Assembly: GCA_963701095.1 (NCBI GenBank)
Contig: OY969564.1
Span: 2,176,001 to 2,240,000 of the forward strand
Direction of reading: 5' to 3'
From: an uncultured Methanoregulaceae archaeon
Lineage (GTDB): Archaea > Halobacteriota > Methanomicrobia > Methanomicrobiales > Methanospirillaceae
Length of the DNA stretch: 64,000 nucleotides
In this document: positions 23,933 through 34,245 of the stretch, piece by piece
Layout: the number at the start of each line of letters is the position of its first letter
How positions within the stretch are numbered: position 1 is the first letter of the stretch
The notes under the pieces: generated by a model
The model's input: only the letters and a program-made list of their open reading frames with translations
The model's database searches: none
Told to the model about the DNA's origin: nothing
Program-made: the position numbers and the translations under genes

Positions 23933-24644
23933 TCAATCTTTATCCATCAGATGATCGAGATGGAGATGTTTAACCATCGTTTTGCAATCGTCCCTGATTT
24001 TATCTTTTACCTGATCAAGGTTCATTGAGTCCAGTATGTCAAGATCATTGTCGAAATCAGTTTTTTCAGTGTTTTTTTCAGGTATTTCCGGTTCTTTAGG
24101 GCCCGGTTGTCTTTCCAATCGTATTGCAGGAGGTGGTCCAGTGACAGGATTTTGCGGCCCCGCAAGGCGCCGGGGAATCTTTTCCGATGAATGCGCAACT
24201 AATGTTGCCACTTCTTCATGTGGTGGTGAAAGGTTTTTTTCATGGATGATATCGGTTTTTTTTATGAGGTACTCGTTGAGCTGGAACTACCGTGTGAGGT
24301 GTTGATTTTCGTGGGGCCGGACGGTTATAGGTGGCTTTTGCGATTCGTTCGGCCTTGTTGAATTCCAGAGATAACTGAATTTGTTGTTCATCCAAGGTTG
24401 AAAGTGCAGCGTCGACCGTCTCTCCAGCGAGAGAATCGAGGAGATCTTCAAATGCTGCATCACCTTTGAAAGAATTGCATTCCGCGAGAATACATTTCCC
24501 CGATTTCAGTACGAGAGTGCAGATACTATCCCGCTTTGAAATGCTGCAGATCCCGGAAAAATGCCCTCGTTCAAGCTCAACGAGAAGGTTATGAGTTTCC
24601 CTGTTCTTTTGGATCTCGCGGAATGTCCCGCGGGGAAGTTGCAT
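23933..24644 (-). CDS. DUF2226/PATAN-like protein, apparently frameshifted at the T8 run 24256-24263
   Basis: MQLPRG...FSGICSI...LVLKSGKCILAE...GDAA. Removing one base joins ORFs 24240..24710 and 23933..24211. Confidence 0.65.
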
Positions 24645-24710
24645 GATCTCTTTAATGATCGCATTCAAGTATATAGTTTCTTTTTCCTGTTCATGAAAAT
24701 TTTTCTTCAC

Positions 24711-24905
24711 TCGTAGTGGAAAAAAGATTTTTGTATACTATTTTTAATTTATAAAATACCTATAAATATAATTTGTTTTTCAGATCAAGGTTTAAATGAA
24801 TTTTTTTTGTTTTTCAAGGAATATTGGTTCTATATTCCTTGGATAAATAAACCCAACCTATTAATATGAAAAAAACAAGAGTAACATTTATTAAATGGTG
24901 AAAAG
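24711..24905. promoter_or_regulatory. AT-rich divergent promoter between the minD-side and pilus-side operons
   Basis: Very AT-rich, several TTTATA/TATAAA boxes, flanked by divergent genes. Confidence 0.6.
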
Positions 24906-25253
24906 ATGCTCAAACCATTATTAGAGGAGTTCCTGAGGGTTGAAGGAGTATCTGCTGCAGTTGTGGTGGGAAGAGATGGGTTTGTGATTGAAAGCGCGGT
25001 TTCGGGGAAGCTGGATGTGGAGGCTCTTGGTGCAATGGCATCAACCGGTCTGGGGACTTCTGAAGCGATGGGGAATACCCTTGGAAAAGGAGAACTCTCC
25101 CAGATGCTTGTTGAACTTGAAAAAGGACCTATTATTCTCGCACCTCTTTCCGCAGATGAACTAATTGCCCTGGTTGCAGATTCAACAGCAAATATCGGCA
25201 GGATCCGGTACGAATTAAAGAAAAATAAGGAACGTATCGTCGCAGCTCTCTAG
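24906..25253 (+). CDS. Roadblock/LC7 (MglB-like) protein
   Basis: GVSAAVVVGRDGFVIES...ANIGRIRYE. Confidence 0.92.
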   Translation: MLKPLLEEFLRVEGVSAAVVVGRDGFVIESAVSGKLDVEALGAMASTGLGTSEAMGNTLGKGELSQMLVELEKGPIILAPLSADELIALVADSTANIGRIRYELKKNKERIVAAL

Positions 25254-25278
25254 ACCTATCATTTATCTGGCTATTTTT

Positions 25279-26025
25279 ATGAAACTGCCGGCAGGAAGAC
25301 AAGGGGGTGTCGTTATCGATCCAAAGAAAGAAGATGTGATCCAGCATCTCAAGGCTTTTAGAGGAGTAATCAACATTAACACAAGCCGGGGAAAGGGCTT
25401 TATTCTTATACGCAATGGTGAATTGATCGCAGCATTTTTCGATGATAAAGAAGGCGTATATCGGGCAGACGCTGCCGTTCGATATATCATGGATTATCCT
25501 GGCGATGATGCCGACAACCAACACCAGCAACATTTTGTTATGAGATCTTATAGTGAAGAAGAATACGCAGAATCACTGAAAAAATGTACACGGGAGGGAC
25601 TCGTGATTGAGATCATTCCCGTTGATAAAAGTGCCACTCCTCTTCAACCTAAAAGCACGGATATGGCCATAAGTCACATGTCCCCCCGTGTTGACGAATC
25701 CATCCTTAAAAAACTTATGTGCCAGCCGGGAGTAATTGCGGTTTCTGCATTCTATGAAGGATTTCCGGTCCTGTCTTTAGGAGAAGCGGATTTTGAGCAT
25801 GTAGCGGCTCGGGCAGAAGATTTTCTGAGGACAGGTACTAAAATAGCTCAGGATATGAACCTTGGGCAGCCTGGCCAATTGATACTCGAAACTGAAGAAA
25901 ACAAATTTATCATAGTTCCCTGGGGAGATCTTTTTCTTTGTATTATTACCCGTGCGGATGCACAGCTGGGTCTCATGCGGGTTCTGATCCGTAGCATCCA
26001 GAGTGTTGTGGAGAGTGAAACCTGA
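25279..26025 (+). CDS. DUF2226-like N-domain fused to a Roadblock/LC7 C-domain
   Basis: MKLPAG...FRGVINI...GFILIRNGELIAAF; C-half PGVIAVSAFYEGFPV...AQLGLMR. Confidence 0.72.
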   Translation: MKLPAGRQGGVVIDPKKEDVIQHLKAFRGVININTSRGKGFILIRNGELIAAFFDDKEGVYRADAAVRYIMDYPGDDADNQHQQHFVMRSYSEEEYAESLKKCTREGLVIEIIPVDKSATPLQPKSTDMAISHMSPRVDESILKKLMCQPGVIAVSAFYEGFPVLSLGEADFEHVAARAEDFLRTGTKIAQDMNLGQPGQLILETEENKFIIVPWGDLFLCIITRADAQLGLMRVLIRSIQSVVESET

Positions 26026-26154
26026 CCAGACGAATGTTATTTTCTGGGGAAGGTTTTTCCTGCATCACGTTCAGAGAATACATATAGTCTGAGAAAAAAA
26101 GAACTTTTATATAAATGCTAGGGATTGCGAATATCGCATAGGAGGAGATTTAAC

Positions 26155-28712
26155 TTGAAATCACAGGATGAAGAGGAGCACGATGACATAAACACCCTTC
26201 TTAAAAAAATCAAGGGCATTCAGGCGCCGGGGAATGAATCTACAGGGTCTGTTATAGCCCCACCTCCTGAAAAAAAGCCCGGGGAAGGGGAATCAGATAT
26301 GAGTGATGCCGGTGATTTTTCAGCCCTTATAAAAAAGCTCAGGCTCTCCAATACTCCAACAACTACTGAGACCGAACAGGAAACAACCCTACCTGGAGAT
26401 GCACTTTTTAATCCTGATAAAAAATCCGATCTAGGGGAATCTGATCAGGGAAGGTCCGGCGATTTTTCAGCAATTATCCGCAAACTTGGTATAGAAAACA
26501 CCCAAACCAAAAGTGCTGAACCCGAAGTCATAACATCACCTGTGAAATCTACAATCCCTGATAGGGGGCAGGACGATTTGGATGACTTGCTTGAAGATGT
26601 TTCCGTGGCGAAACAAGTACCTGAATCTCCTGATATGGGCGCCGGTAACGTACGCGCGGTACAGGTAAAAGCCATGGAACCACCGGCAACACCTTCTTTG
26701 GTTATTCCACCTCCTGAAAAAAAATCTGCGCCGGACGCGACAGAATCTGTCCCTGAACCAGCAGTGGAAATAATTGAAGAAGACCCTCGTGAAAGTAAGA
26801 CCTCAAAATTTTTCAAGAAAAAGAAGACAGTAAAAAGTGAAAGTGAAGAGGGAAAGGCAGCGGATTCAGTAATAAGCGATGCAGATGAACGAATAATATC
26901 CGCGGACCAGATCTCCGAGTATTCCGGACTGATCCTCCCCAAGGGCGCGACATTCCAGATTGACGAGATCAATCTTCATGGGAGAATGACGGCATTTGAA
27001 AGTACCGGGACCGGTACCCTGCCTCCTGAACTCGCTAATGTTTGGAAAAGGGAGTTTTCAAGTGCCGGGTTTAAAGATCTGGAATCTGAACTGAATCTGG
27101 AAAAGGAAAAAATTGATAAATCTGCAACAAAGAAATCCGGGTTTGCTTCTCTTTTCGGTGCTATACGACAGACCTCCGTTGATTATGATCCCAAATCACA
27201 CGGTCCTTTGGTGGATCTTTCTTTTGAAATAAAGCCCGGCATCGAAGAAATGGAGATGTATCCGGTCAACGAACCTTATGCTTATGTCAGGGTTATCTAT
27301 GACCACTCGACTCATGAATACACATACCAGGTAATAGAACCCGTCCTTACTGAACCAGAAAAAGATCTCTTGAAAGAACTAAAAGAGCGTCTCTTTGAAA
27401 CACTTGACATTAATACTAAAGATATATCCAAAGAGGAAGCCCGGCGCCGCTCAGGAGTGCAGTGGACGATATTCTCTCTGACTATGGGATAAAACTTAGT
27501 CCGGTACAACGTGAGAAGATCTTATATAACATGCATAAGGATTTTCTCGGGGATGGACTGATCGACGCGATCATGCATGACAAATATATCGAAGATATCT
27601 CATGTGATGGAGTTAACACACCCCTCTTTGCCTTCCACGCCAGCTACGAATCGATGAAGACAACGCTGATGTATCACAACGCTGAAGAACTTGATTCGTT
27701 TGTCACAAAACTCGCCCAGCGTGCAGGCAAGTACATTTCAATTGCAGAACCGATTCTTGATGCCACCATGTCCGATGGTTCCCGTATCCAGATGACACTT
27801 GGCCAGGAAGTAACAGCACATGGTTCCACATTTACCATACGTAAATTCAAGGATGAGCCGATTACACCAACGGATCTTATTGAGTGGCATACGTTTGCCC
27901 CGCTTTCTGTGGCATATATATGGCTTGCTGTCGAGAATGGCAAATCTGCTATTTTCGCCGGGGGGACTGCTTCCGGAAAAACTACATCATTAAACGCGAT
28001 TTCGCTTTTTATTCCGCCGATGGCGAAAATCGTTAGTCTCGAAGATACACGTGAAGTGAAACTTCCTCATCCAAATTGGATTCCCAGTATTACAAGAGAT
28101 TCCTTCGATACGGCAGGACGTGGGGAAATCAATATGTATGAACTCCTGCGCGCAGCAATGCGGCAACGGCCTGAGTATATCATTGTCGGAGAAGTTCGTG
28201 GGAAAGAATGCCAGACACTCTTCCAGGCAATGAGTACTGGCCACGTAACTTATTCCACAATCCACGCGGACTCGGTATCGAGTGTTGTCCACCGTATCGA
28301 GAATCCTCCCATGGATGTTCCGCGAAACATGCTTTCCGCTCTCGATATTGTGTGTATTCAGGTGCAGGCAAGAATGGGTGGAAAACGGATCCGCCGCAAT
28401 AAACAGATTGTTGAAATTCTCGATATCGATCCACGAACAAACGAACTCATCACAAACGAGGTTTTCAGATGGCGATCAGCTACCGATGAGATTACGTATT
28501 CAGGCAAGTCCTACATCCTTGAAGATATCATGGAAGCCCGGGGCTGGAACGAGAACCGTATGCGGGAAGAACTCAAGCGGCGGCAGGAAGTGCTTGAATG
28601 GATGCGAATCAAAAAGATCCGGCATTATAAGGATGTCGCGAAGATTCTTATCTCGTACTATCGTGAACCTGAAGTGGTTATTGAACGCGTGAGGAAGGAT
28701 CTGTATGAATAG
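26155..28712 (+). CDS. type II/IV secretion ATPase (ArlI/FlaI-PilB/TadA-like) with a long acidic N-terminal extension; apparent 1-nt deletion at about 27445
   Basis: YPVNEPYAY, IEDISCDG, TIRKF, Walker A GGTASGKTT, LEDTRE, RQRPEYIIVGEVRG, TGH; RBS GGAGG before TTG 26155. Confidence 0.9.
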
Positions 28713-29628
28713 CTTTGAGCGATTTTGTTTTAATCTTCTCGGAATGCGTATGAAGGCCCACCGTGAGCAGTACGCCCAGCTTCGTAATGACCTCATATCT
28801 GCACGGATCAAAACCCCCTTTGAGGTCTATATCTCCACGGCGATTGTCAGCGCTATCATCGTGGGGCTCGTGGCAGCGGTCGGATTGGGTCTTCTTACCT
28901 GGGTCCTCAAAATTCCCAATCTCATAAAATACAAAGGTGAGGTTCCGGCTACGGTACTCTTTCTCTCCCAGTACGGTCTTATTATTGGTACCGTTTTTGC
29001 GGTTGTATTCTCTTTATTGATTTTTGGCGGAATTACATACGCCATTTTTAGTGTTTATCCTTCGGTTGAGGCCGGGAACAGGCGCCGGAATATTGACGCG
29101 ACGTTACCCTATGCGATCAATTACATAACATCAATGTCGACTGCCGGAATTACTCCCGCAGAGATCTTCCGATTACTTGGAGACAGCCCGATATATGGTG
29201 AAAGCTCAGTAGAGGCCCGTTATATCGCAAGGGAGATTGACATATTCGGTCGGGATCTTATTGATGCACTCAGGATAGTATCATCAAGCACTCCCTCAGT
29301 CCGGATGAAGGAATTTTTGCAGGGTGCAATGGCCAGCATATCGAGCGGGGGAAACCTTACAGATTATTTCCGGACAAAGGCCAACCAGTACGCACTGGAA
29401 AATCGCCAGAGCCAGAAATTGTTTCTCGATACGCTTGCACTTATTTCTGAGTCCTATGTAACGGCAATGGTAGCAGGAACGCTCTTTTTGATCATCCTCC
29501 AGTCCATCATGTCAGTCCTTGGTGGAGATTCAAAACCAATATTCCTCTATGTTGTCATTTACCTGATGATCCCCTTTGGGACGATAATGTTCATTATTAT
29601 GATTAGTTCCATGACCCCGGAGACCTGA
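28705..29628 (+). CDS. type II secretion F / TadC (PilC/ArlJ-like) membrane platform protein 1
   Basis: IDATLPYAINY, FGRDLIDAL, SGGNLTDY; overlaps the ATPase stop codon. Confidence 0.9.
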   Translation: MNSFERFCFNLLGMRMKAHREQYAQLRNDLISARIKTPFEVYISTAIVSAIIVGLVAAVGLGLLTWVLKIPNLIKYKGEVPATVLFLSQYGLIIGTVFAVVFSLLIFGGITYAIFSVYPSVEAGNRRRNIDATLPYAINYITSMSTAGITPAEIFRLLGDSPIYGESSVEARYIAREIDIFGRDLIDALRIVSSSTPSVRMKEFLQGAMASISSGGNLTDYFRTKANQYALENRQSQKLFLDTLALISESYVTAMVAGTLFLIILQSIMSVLGGDSKPIFLYVVIYLMIPFGTIMFIIMISSMTPET

Positions 29629-29629
29629 C

Positions 29630-30676
29630 ATGGCTTTCAACGACAGAATCACCGGTATACTCGGAAAACAAAAGGACACAACCGCAAAACCCGCGGCACT
29701 TACACGAACAGAGCTTGATTCGGTGGAAAAGGAACTTAATGAGATTACCGAAAAACTAGCATCTGAACGTAAAAACCGGGAAGGGATAGGGCTGTTTTTC
29801 AAGCACCCTCTTCAGGTTCTTTTGGCGAAACCGGAAAATATCCTTATAGTGTGCCTCCCCCTTTCACTCATCGTTTTTTTTGGCGGATTTATCTCCATGG
29901 TAAAGATATATGGTATTTCCGTTCTCTTCACATCGACAGTTGTCGACGATTTTGCAGTACTTGCAATCCTGATATCGATAATACCCGTATCAATTCTCGA
30001 TCTCAGGCAACAGTCACGGATAAATAATATTGAGGTTGCACTTCCCAACTTCTTCCGCGACCTTGCAGGTATGAATGATTCCGGTATGACTCTTCCCAAT
30101 GCTGTTCACCTGGTTGCAGGTGCAGAATATGGCGCCCTGACCCCTCATATAAGAAAACTGGACAATGAGATGTCATGGGGGGTCGGTTTTGTTGAGGGTA
30201 TGTACCGGTTTGGACAGAACCTTGGTACACCACTTGCCGACCGTAGCGTTGATCTTATCGCAAAGGCAAGCAAAGCCGGCGGTGATATCAGCGAAGTACT
30301 CCGTGCAGCGGCAAACGATACCTTTGAAGTGGTCAATCTTGCACAGGAACGCCGGAACAATATGCTGATCTACGTGATAATCGTCATCGTCTCATGGGCG
30401 GTCTTCATGTTTGTTATCGCGGTCCTCGTAAGTTCTTTCCTAAGCACTATGGCAACGGCGGGTACAGCTGCACAAGCAACACATGCGAGCAGCAAATTTA
30501 TGGGAAGAATCGATCTACCTGCGTATAAACGTCTGTTTACGCATGCGGCTATGATCCAGGGTTTTTTCTCCGGTCTTTGTGCGGGCCAGATGGGTGAAGG
30601 ACGGGTCATTGCGGGTCTCAAATATGCAGCGATTATGCTGATTATTTCGTGGGTAGTTTTCCGTTTCTTCATCTAA
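29630..30676 (+). CDS. type II secretion F / TadC membrane platform protein 2
   Basis: LPNFFRDLAG..SGMTL, AGGDISEVL, GQMGEG. Confidence 0.9.
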   Translation: MAFNDRITGILGKQKDTTAKPAALTRTELDSVEKELNEITEKLASERKNREGIGLFFKHPLQVLLAKPENILIVCLPLSLIVFFGGFISMVKIYGISVLFTSTVVDDFAVLAILISIIPVSILDLRQQSRINNIEVALPNFFRDLAGMNDSGMTLPNAVHLVAGAEYGALTPHIRKLDNEMSWGVGFVEGMYRFGQNLGTPLADRSVDLIAKASKAGGDISEVLRAAANDTFEVVNLAQERRNNMLIYVIIVIVSWAVFMFVIAVLVSSFLSTMATAGTAAQATHASSKFMGRIDLPAYKRLFTHAAMIQGFFSGLCAGQMGEGRVIAGLKYAAIMLIISWVVFRFFI

Positions 30677-30809
30677 TCTTTTTCCAACAGATGCAATCAT
30701 TTTGCGTTTATGAAAAAAGAGGGATTTTTTATATTTTTTATCAAGCCACTCTTTTAGCCGGAACAGTAAAGTTAGGGAAAAAACGAAAAAAACAGGAATA
30801 AAAAAAGGA

Positions 30810-31115
30810 TCAGGAAATGTTTTCCGTGCTATATCCTTTCAGGGAAAGAAGCTCTTTTACACGGTCGCGGTGATTACCCTGAAGTTCTATTGAATTTCCT
30901 TTTACGGTTCCGCCGCACGCAAGTTTTCCTTTCATGAATTTTGAAAGATCCTCAAGGTCAATGTCTGTTGGATCGAGGCCTTCGATTACCGTGACCTCTT
31001 TTCCATACCGGCGTTTGTTGACTTTAACATTGATCCTCTGCTGTTCCTTTGCTACTTCCTCACAGATACATAGTTCCTTAGGAAGTCCACACGTCGGGCA
31101 AATGCCACCAATCAT
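30810..31115 (-). CDS. sui1: translation initiation factor aIF1 / SUI1 homolog
   Basis: [34 protein letters not shown]. Confidence 0.95.
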   Translation of the reverse strand: MIGGICPTCGLPKELCICEEVAKEQQRINVKVNKRRYGKEVTVIEGLDPTDIDLEDLSKFMKGKLACGGTVKGNSIELQGNHRDRVKELLSLKGYSTENIS

Positions 31116-31236
31116 TACAGCTATTTTTCAGTTCTGGTTATTTATTACTTGGCATTGCCGGAACTAAATTCGCCCTTTTTATTGCCATTTTTCTCACACG
31201 CATCCGTTTTATGTTGTGCCATTCAAATGATTGTGT

Positions 31237-32679
31237 ATGCCGCTCATGGTCGTGGGGACATCTTCTCATGTGGGAAAAAGCACAACGGTGGCAGCGATCT
31301 GCCGGTGTCTGGTGCAACGCGGAATCAGTGTCGCGCCGTTCAAGTCCCAGAACATGAGTCTGAACTCGTTTGTTACTTCAGATGGTGGTGAAATAGGGAT
31401 AGCCCAGGCAATGCAATCCTGGGCCGCCAAGCTCTCTCCCTCAACAGACATGAACCCGGTGTTGCTCAAACCAAAAGGTGACTGTATATCGCAGGTAGTG
31501 CTTTTTGGTCGCCCTTATAAGGATGTTCCCATTGCGGAATATTATGCAGAAACACCGTATCTCCTTTCAGAGGCAGTTCTGGCTTTTGAACGTCTCCGGA
31601 AAGAGTATGGTGAGGTTGTAGTTGAGGGAGCCGGAGGTGCGGCAGAGGTCAACTTGTATGATCGCGATATTGCAAATACTCTGCTAGCAGAGAAATTGAA
31701 AATTCCCCTTATTCTTGTAGCGGATATCGAACGCGGTGGTGTTTTTGCACAGATATATGGAACAATAAAACTGTTGCCAGAACACATTCGGCCGCTGGTA
31801 CGGGGCATCATTATCAATAAATTCCGGGGTGATCCCCTCATTTTTGCATCCGGAATTCAGATCATCGAAGATCTCACGGGGATTCCTGTGCTTGGTATTA
31901 TGCCCTATTTCCACATTCCTCTGCCAAGCGAGGATTCCCTCTCGATTGCCGACAAAGTTCACCGGAATCTGCCCATCCGAATAGCAGTAATCCATTTTCC
32001 TCACGTCTCTAATTTTACCGATTTCGAACTGCTCGAGCAGTATGCATCAGTCGAATATGTGCCCTGCGACGGATCACTTGAAAGTTATGATTGTATCATT
32101 CTTCCTGGTACCAAGAACACTATAGACGATCTTGATGCGCTAAGGAAGGCTGGTATGGATCATAAATTATCGGCTGCACGCCAAAAGGGTGTCCCTGTTA
32201 TCGGTATCTGCGGGGGGTACCAGATGCTTGGAAAAACCCTTGTTGATGAAGGCTTTGAGTCTGCCGCCGGCATTTATCCTGGTCTTGGCCTGCTTGACTG
32301 TATAACACGGTTTGCATCCTATACCAAGAACACGACACAGGTGCGGCGCCGGGCAGCCTTGATATCTCCGATCCTGTCATCGATAGGAGAAGTTACCGGC
32401 TACGAGATCCATATGGGAGTGACAGAACCCGGTTCTGACCGAGAGGCGTTCTCCGGTGATGGCAGGGTAAGCCCTGACGGTCTGGTGTTTGGAACCTATA
32501 TGCACGGATTGTTCCTCAATCCTACCGCTGCAAATGCCCTGCTTACGTACCTGTATGGTAAAAAAGGTCTTCCCTATACACCGATTCCCGTCGAAAGTGC
32601 AGATCCTTACGATCAGCTTGCGTGTTTATTTGAGGAACATGTCGATGTTGATGCGATCGTTGCCATGCTCAATGCATGA
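31237..32679 (+). CDS. cobQ: cobyric acid synthase
   Basis: GTSSHVGKS, PFKSQNMSLNS, SNFTDF, GICGGYQML, GTYMHG. Confidence 0.96.
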   Translation: MPLMVVGTSSHVGKSTTVAAICRCLVQRGISVAPFKSQNMSLNSFVTSDGGEIGIAQAMQSWAAKLSPSTDMNPVLLKPKGDCISQVVLFGRPYKDVPIAEYYAETPYLLSEAVLAFERLRKEYGEVVVEGAGGAAEVNLYDRDIANTLLAEKLKIPLILVADIERGGVFAQIYGTIKLLPEHIRPLVRGIIINKFRGDPLIFASGIQIIEDLTGIPVLGIMPYFHIPLPSEDSLSIADKVHRNLPIRIAVIHFPHVSNFTDFELLEQYASVEYVPCDGSLESYDCIILPGTKNTIDDLDALRKAGMDHKLSAARQKGVPVIGICGGYQMLGKTLVDEGFESAAGIYPGLGLLDCITRFASYTKNTTQVRRRAALISPILSSIGEVTGYEIHMGVTEPGSDREAFSGDGRVSPDGLVFGTYMHGLFLNPTAANALLTYLYGKKGLPYTPIPVESADPYDQLACLFEEHVDVDAIVAMLNA

Positions 32680-32711
32680 CTACGAAATGGTTTAATGGGA
32701 TACTCCCCTTA

Positions 32712-32978
32712 TTAACCGATTATGTCGGCAATGTTATGGAACCCCTCACTTTGCCGGTCCGCGCACCTGACTGCCTGGACCGCAGAGAGATCTACTTCAC
32801 CGGTTACCTGGCACTTGGCACAATAGGCAAGCGACGGGGATTTTACGTACTGGCCATTAATCTTGAAATCCCGGCAGTGGATACAGAACCGGCAATGGTC
32901 AACCGGCTCTTTTTTGTTAGGAAGGCATTGCACCACATTATCAATGGCATTAAGTTCACGGTATGTATCAGATCCCAA
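32712..32978 (-). CDS. small Cys-rich hypothetical protein
   Basis: HCRFCIHC and YCAKC; GGAG RBS upstream. Confidence 0.7.
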   Translation of the reverse strand: MGSDTYRELNAIDNVVQCLPNKKEPVDHCRFCIHCRDFKINGQYVKSPSLAYCAKCQVTGEVDLSAVQAVRCADRQSEGFHNIADIIG

Positions 32979-33047
32979 GTCAGCAGCTCCTTTATCAGAA
33001 TTTCTCGGACACTATACTTAAAACAATTCAAAGCCAAAGTTTGAACC

Positions 33048-34226
33048 ATGAAGGTCTGTATCATGTGTGGGGGCGAGGGTACCCGCTTGCGCCCTCTCAC
33101 ATTCGAACGTCCAAAACCGTGTATCCCGATTGTCAACCGGCCCTCTGTCCAGCACCTGGTCTCGCACCTTTCCAATCTGGGATTTCGCGAAGTAGTGATG
33201 ACTCTTGGGTATATGGGAAAGGATATAGAAATGGCGCTTGGAGATGGGTCCTTATTTGGCGTTGATATTACCTATGTCCATGAAAAGACAAAGCTTGGCA
33301 CTGCAGGTAGTGTCAGGAATGCCAAAAAATATCTTGATGGGCAGGATTTTCTTATAGTCGGCGGGGATCATGTAACGGACCTTAATGTTCTTGAATTCTT
33401 CCGGGTCCATCAGAAAGAAAAAGCCATCGCCACTATCGGTCTAATTTCTATCGATGACCCCGGGGAATATGGTATTGCAGAGATTGACGTTAATTATGAA
33501 ATAAAACGGTTCAAAGAGAAGCCTGCTCCTGGTGAGATATTCTCCAATCTTGCAAGCACCGGGATGTATGTCTGTAGTCCGGAGATCTTCGATCATATCC
33601 CGGCAGGGAAAAAGTTTGACTTTGCCCGGGATCTTTTCCCCCATCTTATGGAAACCGGTCGGTCTCTCAAAGGCTGGCTTGCACGTGGGAACTGGAGTGA
33701 TGTAGGCAGCCCGCACTCGCTCCGTCAGGCAGAGCGGTGGAAACTTCAGGACATTGCTATTACCGATATAATCGGGGATCTTTCCATGCATGGCGCCAGG
33801 GTGCAGGGACCGGTACATCTGGGAGACTCGATTACGCTGGGAAAGAATACCAGTGTTATCGGACCGGTGGCAATTGGATCGGGAACTACTATAGGGAATA
33901 ATGTGCTTATCGGTCCTTATACCAGTATAGGTGACCGGTGCATTATTCGGAACAACGCGAAGATCTTCTCATCCTCGCTCTACAACCGGGTGAGTATTGG
34001 AGCAAACACCACTATTTCGGGAAGTATTATTGACAATGATACTCACATTGGTGAAGGGTGCAGCATAGAAAACGATACCGTGATTGGCCCCCGGGTAGTC
34101 CTGCGTGATAACGTTGTTGTGCATTCCAAGACCCGCATCTGGCCAGAAGTCGTTGTTAACGATGGCATGATAATTAAAGAACATATTCTTAACGATAAAT
34201 TCGATCTGAGGTGCGAAGGTTCCTGA
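33048..34226 (+). CDS. NDP-sugar pyrophosphorylase (mannose-1-P guanylyltransferase-like) with hexapeptide repeats
   Basis: GGEGTRLRPLT..PKP, LGTAG, EKP, left-handed beta-helix C-terminus. Confidence 0.92.
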   Translation: MKVCIMCGGEGTRLRPLTFERPKPCIPIVNRPSVQHLVSHLSNLGFREVVMTLGYMGKDIEMALGDGSLFGVDITYVHEKTKLGTAGSVRNAKKYLDGQDFLIVGGDHVTDLNVLEFFRVHQKEKAIATIGLISIDDPGEYGIAEIDVNYEIKRFKEKPAPGEIFSNLASTGMYVCSPEIFDHIPAGKKFDFARDLFPHLMETGRSLKGWLARGNWSDVGSPHSLRQAERWKLQDIAITDIIGDLSMHGARVQGPVHLGDSITLGKNTSVIGPVAIGSGTTIGNNVLIGPYTSIGDRCIIRNNAKIFSSSLYNRVSIGANTTISGSIIDNDTHIGEGCSIENDTVIGPRVVLRDNVVVHSKTRIWPEVVVNDGMIIKEHILNDKFDLRCEGS

Positions 34227-34245
34227 ATAAAATAATCAATCTTTA

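Noticed and set aside
24240..24270. Programmed -1 frameshift at A-AAA-AAC
   Set aside because: A -1 slip enters a frame that soon stops; the downstream ORF needs a +1 shift, so a homopolymer error is simpler
27440..27500. Stop-codon recoding (Sec/Pyl) to explain broken ORFs
   Set aside because: The breaks are frame changes, not in-frame TGA or TAG codons
26155..30676. Archaellum operon
   Set aside because: No archaellin, ArlF/G/H or che genes nearby; two separate TadC genes fit a pilus system better
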